From: the human T2T-CHM13v2.0 reference genome, Homo sapiens
DNA: 64,000 nt
Strand: one strand, 5' to 3'
Assembly: GCF_009914755.1 (NCBI RefSeq)
Contig: NC_060933.1
Shown: in pieces, positions 1 to 14,400 of the stretch
Layout of the letters: every line of letters begins with the position of its first letter
How positions within the stretch are numbered: position 1 is the first letter of the stretch
Made by a program: the position numbers and the translations under genes
The notes under the pieces: model-generated
What the model saw: the letters and a program-made list of their open reading frames with translations, nothing else
Databases searched by the model: none
What the model was told of the DNA's origin: nothing

Positions 1-3000
1 TCGGGTTGATTCCATTCCATTGCATTCCATTCCATTCCATTCAATTCCATTCCGTTCCATTCCATTCCATTACATTCGGATTGATTCTATTCAACTCCCT
101 TACTCTCCATTACATTCCATTCCATTCGGGTTGTTCCATTCCATTCCATTCCATTCCACTCCATTCCATTGCACTCGGGTTTATTCCATTCCATTCCATT
201 CCATTCCATTCCATTCCATTCCATTCCGGAAAATTCCATTCCATTGCATTCCATTCCATTCCATTCCCCTGCACTCGCGTTGATTCCATTCCATTCCATT
301 CCATTCCATTCCATTCCATTCCTTTACGTTCCATTCCATTCCATTCCATTCCATTCCACTCGTGTTTATTCCATTCCTTTCCATTCCATTCGGTTTGAAA
401 GCATTCCATTCCATTCCATTCCATTCCATTCCATTCCATTCCATTCCATTCCATTCCATTCCATTCCATTGTACTCGGGTTGATTCCATTCCATTGCATT
501 CCATTCCATTCCATTCCATTCCATTCCGTTGCATTCCATTCCATTACATTCGGATTGATTCTTTTCAACTCCCTTACTCTCCATTACATTCCATTCCATT
601 CGGGTTGTTCCATTCCATTCCATTCCATTCCACTCCATTCCATTGCACTAGGGTTGATTCCATTCCATTCCATTCCATTCCATTCCGGATGACTCCATTC
701 CATTGCATTCCGTTCCATTACATTCCCCTGCACTCGCGTTGATTCCATTCCATTCCATTCAATTCCATTCCATTACAATTCGTTCCATTCCATTCTATTC
801 CGTACCATTCCATTCCATTCCATACCATTCCATTCCATTCCATTCCATTCCATTCCGTTCCATTCCGTTCCATTGCATTCCATTCCATTCTATTCGGGTT
901 AATTCCATTCCATTCCATTCCATTCCATTCTATTCCATTCCATTGCAATCGAGTTGAATCCATTGCATTTCATTTCATTCCATTCCATTCCATTCCATTC
1001 CACTCGAGTTGATTTCATTCCATTCCTTTCCATTCCATTCCATTCCTTTCCACTCGAGTTGATTCCATTCCATTCCATTCCATTGCATTCCATTCCATGC
1101 CATTCCACTCGGGTTGATTCCATTACATTCCATTCCATTCCATTAAATTCCATTCCATTCCATTGCATTCCATTCCATTCCTTTCCCCTACACTCGGGTT
1201 GATTCCATTCCATTCCATTCCATTTAATTCCATTCCATTCCATTCCATTCCATTCCAATCCGTTCCATTCCATTCCATTCTATTCCATTGCAATCGACTT
1301 GATTCCATTCCATTCCATTCCATTACATTCCATTCCATTACATTCCATTCCATTTTGTTCCAATCCATTCTATTCCGAACCATTCCTTTCCATTCAATTC
1401 CATTCCATTCCTTTCCATTCCATGCCATTCCACTCGGGTTGATTCCATTCCTTTCCATTCCATTCGGGTTGAATCCAATCCACTCCATTCCATTCCATTC
1501 GAATCCATTCAATTGCACTCGGGTTGATTCCATTCCATTCCATTCCATTCGATTCGATTCCATTCCATTCCATTCCGTTCAATTCCATTTCATTACATTC
1601 AGATTGATTCTATTCAATTCCCTTACACTCCATTATATTCCAATCCATTCTGGTTGTTTCCATTCCATTCCATTCCATTTCACTCCATTCCATTGCACTC
1701 GGTTTGTTTCCATTCCATTCCATTCCATTCCATTCCGGATGATTCCATTCCATTGCATTCCATTCCATTCCATTCCCCTGCAGTCAGGTTGATTCCATTG
1801 CATTCCATTCCACTCCATTCGGTTCCATTCCATTCCATTCTATTGCATTCCATTCTATTCGTGTTAATTCCATTCCATTCTATTCCATTCCATTCCATTC
1901 CTTTCCATTGCAATGGAGTTGATTCCATTCCATTCCATTCCATTCCGGATGATTCCATTCCATTGCATTCCATTCCATTCCATTCCCCTGCACTCGTGTT
2001 GATTCCATTACCTTCCATTCCATTCCATTCTGTTCCATTCCATTGCATTCCATTCTATTCCGGTTAATTCCATTCAATTCCATTCCATTCCATTCCATTC
2101 CATTGCAATCGAGTTGATTCAATTCCATTCCTTTCCATTCCATTCCATTGCCTTGCATTCCAATCGGGTTGATTCCATTCCCTTCTTTCCACTCCATTAC
2201 ATTCCCTTCCATTCCACTCGGAATGATTGATTCCATTCCATTCCATTCCATTTCATTCCGTTGCAATCCATTCCAATCTATTCCATTCCATTCCATTTCA
2301 CTCGAGTTGATTTCATTCCATTCCTTTCCATTCCATTCCATTCCTTTCCACTCGAGTTGATTCCATTCCATTCCATTCCATTGCATTCTATTCCATGCCA
2401 TTCCACTCGGGTTGATTCCATTCCTTTGCATTCCATTCCATTCCATTCCATTCCATTCCATTCCATTCCATTCCGTTGCATTCCATTCCATTACATTCGG
2501 ATTGATTCTATTCAACTCCCTTACTCTCCATTACATTCCATTCCATTCGGGTTGTTCCATTCCGTTCCATTCCATTCCACTCCATTCCATTGCACTCGGG
2601 TTGATTCCATTCCATTCCATTCCATTCCATTCCATTCCGGATGATTCCATTCCATTGCATTCCGTTCCATTACATTCCCCTGCACTCGTGTTGATTCCAT
2701 TCCATTCCATTCCATTCCATTCAATTCCATTCCATTACAATTCGTTCCATTCCATTCTATTCCGTACCATTCCATTCCATTCCATACCATTCCATTCCAT
2801 TCCATTCCATTCCGTTCCATTCCGTTCCATTCCATTCCATTCCATTCTATTCTGGTTTATTCCATTCCATTCCATTCCATTCCATTCTATTCCATTCCAT
2901 TGCAATCGAGTTGAATCCGTTGCATTTCATTCCATTCCATTCCATTCCATTCCATTCCGGAAGATTCCATTCCATTGCATTCCATTCCATTCCATTCCCC

Positions 3001-6000
3001 TGCACTCGCGTTGATTCCATTCCATTCCATTCCATTCCATTCCATTCCATTCCATTCCGTTCCATTCCGTTCCATTCCGTTCCATTCCATTCCATTCCAT
3101 TCCATTCCGTTCCGTTCCGTTCCATTCCATTCCATTCCATTCTATTCGGGTTAATTCCATTCCATTCCATTCGATTGCAATCGTGTTGATTCCATTCCAT
3201 TCCATTCCATTCCATTGCATTCCATTCCATTCCTTTCCATTCCATTACGGATGATTCCATTCCATTGCATTCCATTCCATTCCATTCCCCTGTACTCGGG
3301 TTGATTCCATTCCATTGCATTCCAATCCATGCCCTTCCACTCGTGTTGATTCCATTCTTTCCATTCCATTCAAGTTGAATACATTCCATTGCATTCCATT
3401 CCATTCGATTCCATTCGGTTGCACTCGGGTTGATTCCATTCCATTGCATTCCATTCCATTCCATTCCATTCCATTCCATTCCATTCCGTTCCTTTCCATT
3501 CCATTACATTCGGATTGATTCTATTCAATTCCCTTACACTCCATTACATTCCATTCCATTCGGGTAGTTTCCATTCCATTCCTCTCCATTCCATTGCACT
3601 CGGGTTGATTCCATTCCATTGCATTCCATTCCATTCCATTCAATTGCATTCCGTTCCATTCCATTCCATTACATTCGGATTGATTCTATTCAACTCCCTT
3701 AGTCTCCATTACATTCCATTCCATTCGGGTTGTTCCATTCCATTCCATTCCATTCCACTCCATTCCATTACACTCGGGTTTATTCCATTCCATTCCATTC
3801 AATTCCATTCCATTCCGGAAGATTCCATTCCATAGCATTCCATTCCATTCCATTCCCCTGAACTCGCGTTGATTCCATTCCATTCCATTCCATTCCATTC
3901 CATTCCATTCCATTCTATTCCTTTCCATTCCAGTCTTTTCCATTCCATTCCACTCGGGTTGATTCCATTCTATTAGTTTCCATTCCATTCCATTCCCTTC
4001 CATTCCACTCTGGTTGATTCCATTCCTTTCCATTCCACTCGAATACATTCCCTCCTATTCCACTCGGAACGATTCCATTCCATTCCATTCCATTCCATTC
4101 CATTCCATTCCATTCCATTTCGTTCCATTCCATTCTATTCCGTATCGTTCCATTCCATTCCATTCCATTCCATTCCATTCCATTCCACTCGTGTTGATTC
4201 CATTCCTTTCCATTCCATTCGGTTTGAAGGCATTCCATTCCATTCCATTCCATTCCATTCCATTGTACTCCGGTTGATTCCATTCCATTGCATTCCATTC
4301 CATTCCATTCCATTCCGTTGCATTCCATTCCATTACTTTCGGATTGATTCTATTAAACTCCCTTACTCTCCATTACTTTCCATTCCATTTGGGTTGTTCC
4401 ATTCCATTCCATTCCATTCCACTCCATTCCATTGCACTCGGGTTGATTCCATTCCATTCCATTCCATTCCATTCCATTCCATTCCATTCCGGATGATTCC
4501 ATTCCATTGCATTCCGTTCCATTACATTCCCCTGCACTCGCGTTGATTCCATTCCATTCCATTCCATTCCATTCAATTCCATTCCATTACAATTCGTTCC
4601 ATTCCATTCTATTCCGTACCATTCCATTCCATTCCATACCATTCCATTCCATTCCATTCCATTCCATTCCGTTCCATTCCGTTCCATTCCATTCCATTCC
4701 ATTCTATTCGGGTCCATTCCATTCCATTCCATTCCATTCCATTCCATTCCATTCTATTCCATTCCATTGAAGTCGAGTTGAATCAATTGCATTTCATTCC
4801 ATTCCATTCCATTCCATTCCATTCCATTCCCGAAGATTCCATTCCATTGCATTCTTTTCCATTCCATTCCCCTGCACTCGCGTTGATTCCATTCCATTCC
4901 ATTCCATTCCATTCCATCCATTCCGTTCCGTTCCGTTCCATTCCATTCCATTCCATTCCATTCCATTCCATTCCATTCCGTTCCATTCCATTCCATTCCA
5001 TTCTATTCGGGTTAATTCCATTCCATTCCATTCGATTGCAATCGAGTTGATTCCATTCCATTCCATTCCATTCCATTCCATTCCATTCCATTCCATTCCT
5101 TTCCATTCCATTACGGATGATTCCATTCCATTGCATTCCATTCCATTCCATTCCCCTGTACTCGGGTTGATCCATTCCATTCCATTCCAATCCATGCCAT
5201 TCCACTCGTGTTGATTCCATTCTTTCCATTCTATTCAAGTTGAATCCATTCCATTGCATTCCATTCCATTCCATTCCATTCATCTGCAGTCGGGTTGATT
5301 CAATTCCATTCCATTCCATTCCATTCCATTCCGTTCCGTTCCGTTCCATTCCATTCCATTCCTCTCTATTCGGGTTAATTCCATTCCATTCCATTCGATT
5401 GCAATCGAGTTGATTCCATTCCATTGCATTCCATTCCATTCCATTCCTTTCCATTCCATTACGGATGATTCCTTTCCATTGCATTCCATTCCATTCCATT
5501 CCACTGTACTCGGCTTGCTTGCATTCCATTCTATTCCAATCTATGCCATTCCACTCGTGTTGATTCCATTCTTTGCATTCCATTGAAGTTGAATCCATTC
5601 CATTGCATTCCATTCCATTCGATTCCATTCGATTGCACTCGGATTGATTCCATTCCATTGCATTCCATTCCATTCCATTCCATTCCATTCGGATTGATTC
5701 TATTCAATTCCCTTACACTCCAATACATTCCATTCCATTCGGGTAGTTTCCATTCCATTCCATTCCATTCCTCTCCATTCCATTGAACTCGGGTTGATTC
5801 CATTCCATTCCATTCCATTCCATTACATTACATTACATTCCATTCCATTCCGTTCCATTGTACTCGGGTTGATTCCATTCCATTGCATTCCATTCCATTC
5901 CATTCCATTCCATTCCATTCCATTCCGTTCCATTCCATTCCATTACATTCGGATTGATTCTTTTCAACTCCCTTACTCTCCATTACATTCCATTACATTC

Positions 6001-8530
6001 GTGTTGTTCCATTCCATTCCATTCCATTCCACTCCATTCCATTGCACTCGGGTTGATTCCATTCCATTCCATTCCATTCCGGATGATTCCATTCCATGGC
6101 ATTCCGTTCCATTACATTCCCCTGCACTCGGGTTGATTCCATTCCATTCCATTCCATTCCATTCGATTCCATTCCATTCCCCTGCACTCGCGTTGATTCC
6201 ATTCCATTCCATTCCATTCCATTCCATTCCATTCCATTCCATTCCTTTCCATTCCAGTCCTTTCCATTCCATTCCACTCGGGTTGATTCCATTCTATTAG
6301 TTTCCATTCCATTCCATTCGCTTCCATTCCACTCTGGTTGATTCCATTCCTTTCCATTCCACTCGAATACATTCCCTCCTATTCCACTCGGAACGATTCC
6401 ATTCCATTGCATTCCATTCCATTCCATTCCATTTCGTCGCATTCCATTCTATTCCGTATCATTCCATTCCATTCCATTCCATTCCATTCCATTCCATTCC
6501 ACTCGTGTTGATTCCATTCCTTTCCATTCCATTCGGTTTAAAGGCATTCCATTCCATTCCATTCCATTCCATTCCATTCCATTCTATTCGGGTTAATTCC
6601 ATTCCATTCCATTCGATTGCAATCGAGTTGATTCCATTCCATTCCATTCCATTCCATTCCATTCCTTTCCATTCCATTACGGATGATTCCACTCCATTGC
6701 ATTCCATTCCATTCCATTCCCCTGTACTCGGGTTGATTCCATTCCATTCCATTCCAATCCATGCCATTCCACTCGTGTTGATTCCATTCTTTCCATTCCA
6801 TTCAAGTTGAATCCATTCCATTGCATTCCATTCCATTCCATTCCCCTGCAGTCTGGTTGATTCTATTCCATTCCATTCCATTCCATTCCATTCCATTCCG
6901 TTCCGTTCCGTTCCATTCCATTCCATTCCATTCTATTCGGGTTAATTCCATTCCATTCCATTCCATTCCATTCCATTCCATTCCAATCGAGTTGATTCCA
7001 TTCCATTCCATTCCATTCCATTCCACTCCATTCCAGTCCTTTCCATTCCATTCCACTCGGGTTGATTCCAATGTATTCCTTTCCATTCCATTCCATTCCA
7101 TTGAAATCGAGTTGATTCCATTGCTTTGCATTCCATTCCATTCCATTCCATTCCGGATGACTCCATTCCATTGCATTCCATTCCATTGCATTCCCCTGCA
7201 CTCGGGTTGATTCCATTCCATTCCACTCCATTCCGTTGCATTCCATTCCATTCCATTGTATTCGGGTTAATTCCATTCCATTCCATTCCATTCCATTCCA
7301 TTCCATTCCATTCCATTACAATCGAGTTGATTCCATTCCATTCCATTCCATTCCAGTCCTTTCCATTCCATTCCACTAGGGTTGATTACATTCTATTAGC
7401 TTCCATTCCATTCCGTTCCCTTCCATTCCACTCTGGTTGATTCCATTCCATTCCATTCCACTCGAATACATTCCCTCCTTTTCCACTCGGAACGATTCCA
7501 TTCCATTCCATTCCATTCCATTCCATTCCATTCCATTCCATTCCATTTCGTTCCATTACATTCTATTCCGTATCATTCCATTCCATTCCATTCCATTCCA
7601 TTCCATTCCATTCCACTCGTGTTGATTCCATTCCTTTCCATTCCATTCGCTTTGAAGGCATTCCATTCCATTCCATTCCATTCCATTCCATTCCATTCCA
7701 TTGTACTCGGGTTGATTCCATTCCATTGCATTCCATCCCATTCCATTCCATTCCAATCCGTTGCATTCCATTCCATTACATTCGGATTGATTCTATTCAA
7801 CTCCCTTACTCTCCATTACATTCCATTCCATTCGGGTTGTTCCATTCCATTCCATTCCATTCCACTCCATTCCATTGCACTCGGGTTGATTCCATTCCTT
7901 TCCATTCCATTCCATTCCATTCCGGATGATTCCATTCCATTGCATTCCGTTCCATTACATTCCCCTGCACTCGCGTTGATTCCATTCCATTCCATTCCAT
8001 TCCATTCCATTCAATTCCATTCCATTAGAATTCGTTCAATTCCATTCTATTCTGTACCATTCCATTCCATTCCATACCATTCCATTCTATTCCATTCCAT
8101 TCCATTCCATTCCATTTCGTTCCATTCCGTTCCATTCCATTCCATTCCATTCCATTCTATTCGGGTTAATTCCATTCCATTCCATTCCATTCCATTCCAT
8201 TCCATTCCATTCCAATCTATTCCATTCCATTGCAATCGAGTTGAATCCATTGCATTTCATTCCATTCCATTCCATTGCAATCGAGTTGAATCCATTGCAT
8301 TTCATTCCATTCCATTCCATTCCATTCCATTCCGGAAGATTCCATTCCATTGCATTCCATTCCATTCCATTCCCCTGCACTCGCGTTGATTCCATTCCAT
8401 TCCATTCCATTCCATTCCATTCCATTCCGTTCCGTTCCGTTCCATTTCATTCCATTCCATTCCATTCCATTCCGTTCCATTCCATTCCATTCCATTCCAT
8501 TCTATTCGGGTTAATTCCATTCCATTCCAT

Positions 8531-8544
8531 TCGATTGCAATCGA
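8531..8544. repeat. Perfect 14 bp palindrome TCGATTGCAATCGA (representative of many copies)
   Basis: The sequence is its own reverse complement. Also at 19651, 29361 and 30851, and near 5032, 5395, 6613, 14652, 16130, 18113, 26390, 32668, 36135 and in the HOR copies. Confidence 0.9.
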
Positions 8545-9499
8545 GTTGATTCCATTCCATTCCATTCCATTCCATTCCATTCCAATCGAGTTGATTCCAT
8601 TCCATTCCATTCCATTCCATTCCACTCCATTCCAGTCCTTTCCTTTCCATTCCACTCGGGTTGATTCCATTCTATTCCTTTCCATTCCATTCCATTCCAT
8701 TGCAATCGAGTTGATTCCATTGCTTTGCATTCCATTCCATTCCATTCCATTCCGGATGATTCCATTCCATTGCATTCCATTCCATTCCATTTCCCTGCAC
8801 TCGGGTTGATTCCATTCCATTCCACTCCATTCCCTTCCATTCCATTCCATTCCATTGTATTCGGGTTAATTCCATTCCATGCCATTTCATTCCATTCCAT
8901 TCCATTCCATTCCATTCTATTACAATCGAGTTGATTCCATTCCATTCCATTCCACTCCATTCCATTCCATTCCAGTCCTTTCCATTCCATTCCACTCGGG
9001 TTGATTCCATTCTATTAGTTTCCATTCCATTCCATTCCCTTCCATTCCACTCTGGTTGATTCCATTCCTTTCCATTCCACTCGAATACATTCCCTCCTAT
9101 TCCACTGGGAACGATTCCATTCCATTCCATTCCATTCCATTCCATTCCATTCCATTCCATTCCATTCCATTCCATTTCCTTCCATTCCATTCTATTCCGT
9201 ACCATTCCATTCCATTCCATTCCTTTCCATTCCATTCCATTCCATTCCACTCTTATTGATTCAATTCCTTTCCATTCCATTCGGTTTGAAGGCATTCCAT
9301 TCCATTCAATTCCATTCCATTCCATTCCATTCCATTCCATTCCATTCCATTCCATTGTACTCGGGTTGATTCCATTCCATTCCATTCCATTCTATTCCAT
9401 TCCGTTGCATTCCATTCCATTACATTCGGACTGATTCTATTCAACTCTCTTACTCTCCATTCCATTCCATTCCATTCGGGTTGTTCCATTCCATTCCAT

Positions 9500-12400
9500 T
9501 CCATTCCACTCCATTCCATTGCACTCGTGTTGATTCCATTCCATTCCATTCCATACCATTCCATTCCATTCCATTCCATTCCATTCCGTTCCATTCCGTT
9601 CCATTCCATTCCATTCCATTGCAATCGAGTTGATTCCATTCCATTCCATTCAATTCCGGATGATTCCATTCCATTGCCTTCAATTCCATTCCATTCCCCT
9701 GCACTCGGGTTGATTCCATTCCATTCCATTCCATTCCATTCCATTCCATTCCATTCCATTTCATTCCATTCCATTTCGTTCCTTTCCATTCTATTCCGTA
9801 CCATTCCATTCCATTCCATTCCATTCCATTCCATTCCATTCCATGCCATTCCACTCGGGTTGATTCCATTCCTTTCCATTCCATTCGAGTTGAATCCATT
9901 CCAATCCATTCCATTCCATTCGATTCAATTCCATTGCACACGGGTTCATTCCATTCCATTCCATTCCATTCCATTCCATTTCGTTCCATTCCATTCTACT
10001 CCGTACCATTCCATTCCATTCCATTCCATTCCATTCCATTCCACTCCATGCCATTCCACTCGGGTTTATTCCATTCCTTTCCATTCCATTCGGGTTGAAT
10101 CCATTCCATTCCATTCCATTCCATTCGATTCCATTACATTGCACTCGGGTTGATTCCATTCCATTCCATTCCATTCCATTCCATTCCATTCCATTTAGTT
10201 CCATTCCATTCTATTCCATACCATTCCATTCCATTCCATTCCATTCCACTCCATTCCATGCTATTCCTCTCGGGTTTATTCCATTCCTTTCCATTCCATT
10301 CGGATTGAATCCATTCCTATCCATTCAATTCCATTCCACTCGATTCCATTACATTGCACTCGTGTTGTTTCCATTCCATTCCATTCCATTCCATTTCATT
10401 CTATTCCATTCCATTCCATTCCATTCCATTCCATTCCATTCCATTCCATGCCATTCCACTCGGGTTGATTCCATTCCTTTCCATTCCATTCGAGTTGAAA
10501 CCATTCCATTCCATTCCATTCCATTCCATTCCATTCCAATCCATTGCACACGGGTTCATTCCATTCCATTCCATTCCATTCCATTCCATTCCATTCCATT
10601 TCGTTCCATTCCATTCTATTCCGTAGCATTCCATTCCATTCCATTCCATTCGTTTCCATTCCATTCGGGTTGAATCCATTCCTTTCCATTCCATTCCATT
10701 CAATTCCATTCCATTGAACTCGGGTTGATTCCATTCCATTCCATGCCATTCCATTTCATTCCGTTCCATTCCATTCCATTACATTCGGATTGATTCTTTT
10801 CAATTCCCTTACACTCCATTCCATTCCATTCCATTCGGGTAGTTTCCGTTCCATTCCATTCCATTCCACTCCATTGCATTGCACTCGGGTTGATTGATTC
10901 CATTCCATTGCATTCCATTCCATTCCATTCCATTCCGGATGAATCCATTCCATTGCATTCCATTCCATTCCATTCCCCTGCACTCGGGTTGATTCCATTC
11001 CATTCCATTCCGTTCCATTCCATTCCATTCCATTCCATTCTGTTCAGGTTAATTCCATTCCATTCCATTCCATTCCATTCCATTCCATTCCATTCCATTC
11101 CATTCCATTGCAATCGAGTTGTTTCCATTGCATTCCATTCCATTCCATTCCATTGCATTCCATTGCATTCCATTCCCCTGCACTCAGTTTGATTCCATTC
11201 CATTCCATTCCATTCCATTCCATTCCATTCCATTCCGGATGATTCCATTCCATTGCCTTCCATTCCACTCCATTCCCCTGCACTCGGGTTGATTCCATTC
11301 CATTCCATTCCATTCCATTCCATTCCATTCCATTCCATTCCATTCCATTTCGTTCCATTCCACTCTATTCCATACCATTCCATTCCATTCCTTTCCATTC
11401 CAATCCATGCTGTTCCACTCGGGTTGATTCCATTCCTTTCCATTCCATTCGAGTTGAATCCATTCCATTCCTTTCCGTTCCATTCCATTCCATTCCATTC
11501 CATTTCGTTCCATTCCATTCTATTCCGTACCATTCCATTCCATTCCATTCCATTACATTCCATTCCATTCCGTTCCATTCCATTCCATGCCATTCCACTC
11601 GGGTTGATTCCATTGCTTTCCATTCCATTTGGGTTGAATCCATTCCATTCCATTCCATTCCATTCCATTCCATTCCATTCCATTGCACTAGGTTTGATTC
11701 CATTCCACTGCATTCCATTCCATTCCATTCCATTCCGTTCCATTCTATTCCATTACATTCGGATTGATTGTATTCAATTCCCTTACACTCCATTTCATTC
11801 CATTCCATTCGGGTTGTTTCCATACCATTCCATTCCATTCTATTCCATTTCGTTCTATTCCATTCTATTCTGTACCATTCCATTCCATTCCATTCCATTC
11901 CATTCCATTCCATGCCATTCCACTTGGGGTGATTCCCTTCCTTTCCATTCCATTCGGGTTGAATCCATTCCATTCCATTCCATTCCATTCCATTCCATTC
12001 CTTTCCATTCCATTGCACACGGGTTGATTCCATTCCATTCCTTTCTGTTCCATTCCGGATGACTCCATTCCATTGCATTCCATTCCATTCCATTCCCCTG
12101 CTCTCGGGTTCATTACATTCCATTCCATTTACTTCCATTCCATTCCATTCTATTCCATTCAATTCCATTCTATTCGTGTTAATTCCATTCCATTCCATTC
12201 CATTCCATTCCATTCCATTCCATTGCATTCCATTGCATTCCATTGCAATCGAGTTGATTCCATTCCATTCCATTCAATTCCGGATGATTCCATTCCATTG
12301 CCTTCAATTCCATTCCATTCCCCTGCACTCGTTTTGATTCCATTCCATTCCATTCCATTCCATTCCATTTCATTCCATTCCATTTCGTTCCATTCCATTC

Positions 12401-14400
12401 TTTTCCGTTCCATTCCATTCCATTCCATTCCATGACATTCCATTCCATTCCATTCCTTTCCATTCTATTCGGGTTAATTCCATTCCATTCCATTCCATTC
12501 CATTCCATTCCATTCCGTTCCATTCAATTCCATTACATTTGGATTGATTCTTTTTAATTCCCTTACACTCCATTACATTCTATTCCATTCGGGTAGTTTC
12601 CATATCATTCCATTCCATTCCACTGCATTCTATTTCACTCGGGTTGATTGATTCCATTCCATTGCATTCCATTCCATTCCATTCCATTCGGGATGATTCC
12701 ATTCCATTGCATTCCATTGCATTCCATTCCCCTGTACTCGGGTTGATCCCATTCCATTCCATTCCATTCCATTCCATTCCATTCCGTTCCGTTCCATTCC
12801 ATTCCCTTCCATTCTCTTCAGGTTAATTCCATTCCATTCCATTCAATTCCATTCCATTCCATTCCATTCCATTCCATGCCATTCCACTCGGGTTGATTCC
12901 ATTCCTTTCCATTCCATTCGAGTTGAACCCATTCCATTCCATTCCATTCCATTGCATTCCACTCGTGTTGATTCCATTCCTTTCCATTCCATTCGGGTTG
13001 AAACCATTCCATTCCATTCCATTCCTTTCGATTCCATTCCATTTCACTCGGGTTGATCCCATTCCATTGCATTCCATTCCATTCCATTCCATTCCATTCC
13101 ATTGCATTCCATTCCTTTCCATTCCATTCCATTACATTCGTATTGATTCTATTCAATTCCCTTACTGTCCATTACATTCCATTCCTTTCGGCTTGTTTCC
13201 ATTCCATTCCATTCCATTCCACTCCATTCCATTTCAATCGGGTGATTCCATTCCATTCCATTGCATTCCATTCCATTCCATTCCATTCCGTATGATTCCA
13301 TTCCATTGCATTCCATTCCAGTCCATTCCCTTGCACTCGGGTGGATTCCATTCTATTCCATTCCATTCCATTCCATTCCATTCCATTCCATTCTATTCGG
13401 GTTAATTTCATTCCATTCCATTCCATTCCCTTCCATTGCATTCCATTCCATTCCATTCCATTCCATTGAAATCGAGTTGATTCCATTCCATTCCATTCCA
13501 TTCCATTCCATTCCATTCCATTCCATTCTATTCGGGTTAATTCCATTCCATTCCATTCCATTCCCTTCCATTCCATTCCATTCCATTCCATTCTATTCCA
13601 TTCCGTTCTATTAGGGTTAATTCCATTCCATTCCATTCCATTCCATTCCATTCCATTCCATTCCATCCCATTCCATTCCATTCCATTGCAATCGAGTTGA
13701 TTCCATTCCATTCCATTCCATTCCATTCCATTCAATTCCATTGAACTCGGGTTAATTCCATTCCATTCCATTCCATTCCATTCCCTTCCATTCCATTCTA
13801 TTCCATTCCATTCCATTCCATTCCATTCTATTAGGGTTAATTTCATTCCATTCCATTCCATTCCATTCCATCCCATTCCATTCCATTCCATTGCAATCGA
13901 GTTGATTCCATTCCATTCCATTCCATTCCATTCCATTCCATTCAATTCCATTGAACTCGGGTTGATTCCATTCCATTCCATGCCATTCCATTTCATTCCA
14001 TTCCATTCCATTCCATTCCATTCCATTCCATTCCATTCCTTTCCGTTCTATTCAATTACATTCGGATTGATTCTATTCAATTCCCTTACACTCCAATACA
14101 TTCTATTCCATTCGTGTTGTTTCCATTCTATTCCATTCCATTCCACTCCATTCCATTGCACTCTGGTTGATTCCATTCCATTCCCTTCCATTCCGTATGA
14201 CTCCATTCCATTTCATTCCATTGCATTGCTTTTCCCTGCACTCGAGTTGATTACATTCCATTCCATTCCCTTCCTTTCCGTTCCATTCCATTCTATTCGG
14301 GTTAATTCCATTCCATTCCATTACATTCCATTCCCTTCCATTCCATTCCATTCCATTCCATTCCATTCCATTCCATTCCATTCCATTCTATTCGGGTTAA
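9500..14400 (+). repeat. Distinct HSat3 sub-type block, paralogous to 56.7-63.6 kb
   Basis: Enriched in GCACACGGGTT(C/G)ATT (~9936, 10546, 12014), TTCAGGTTAA, CTAGGTTTGATTCCATTCCACTGC and CGAGTTGAA(C/A)CC. It lacks the GAATACATTCCCTCC and CCGGAAGA modules. Translated markers match the right-hand block (11764 vs 56700/59736; 12644 vs 57340/60396; 13053 vs 57764/60820). Boundaries are approximate. Confidence 0.75.

Noticed and set aside
2955-2962. TTCCGGAA as a STAT (GAS) site; ATTGCAAT as a C/EBP site
   Set aside because: The spacing is wrong in both cases: GAS needs TTC-N3/4-GAA and the canonical C/EBP palindrome is ATTGCGCAAT. The N2 spacing fits an HSE instead.
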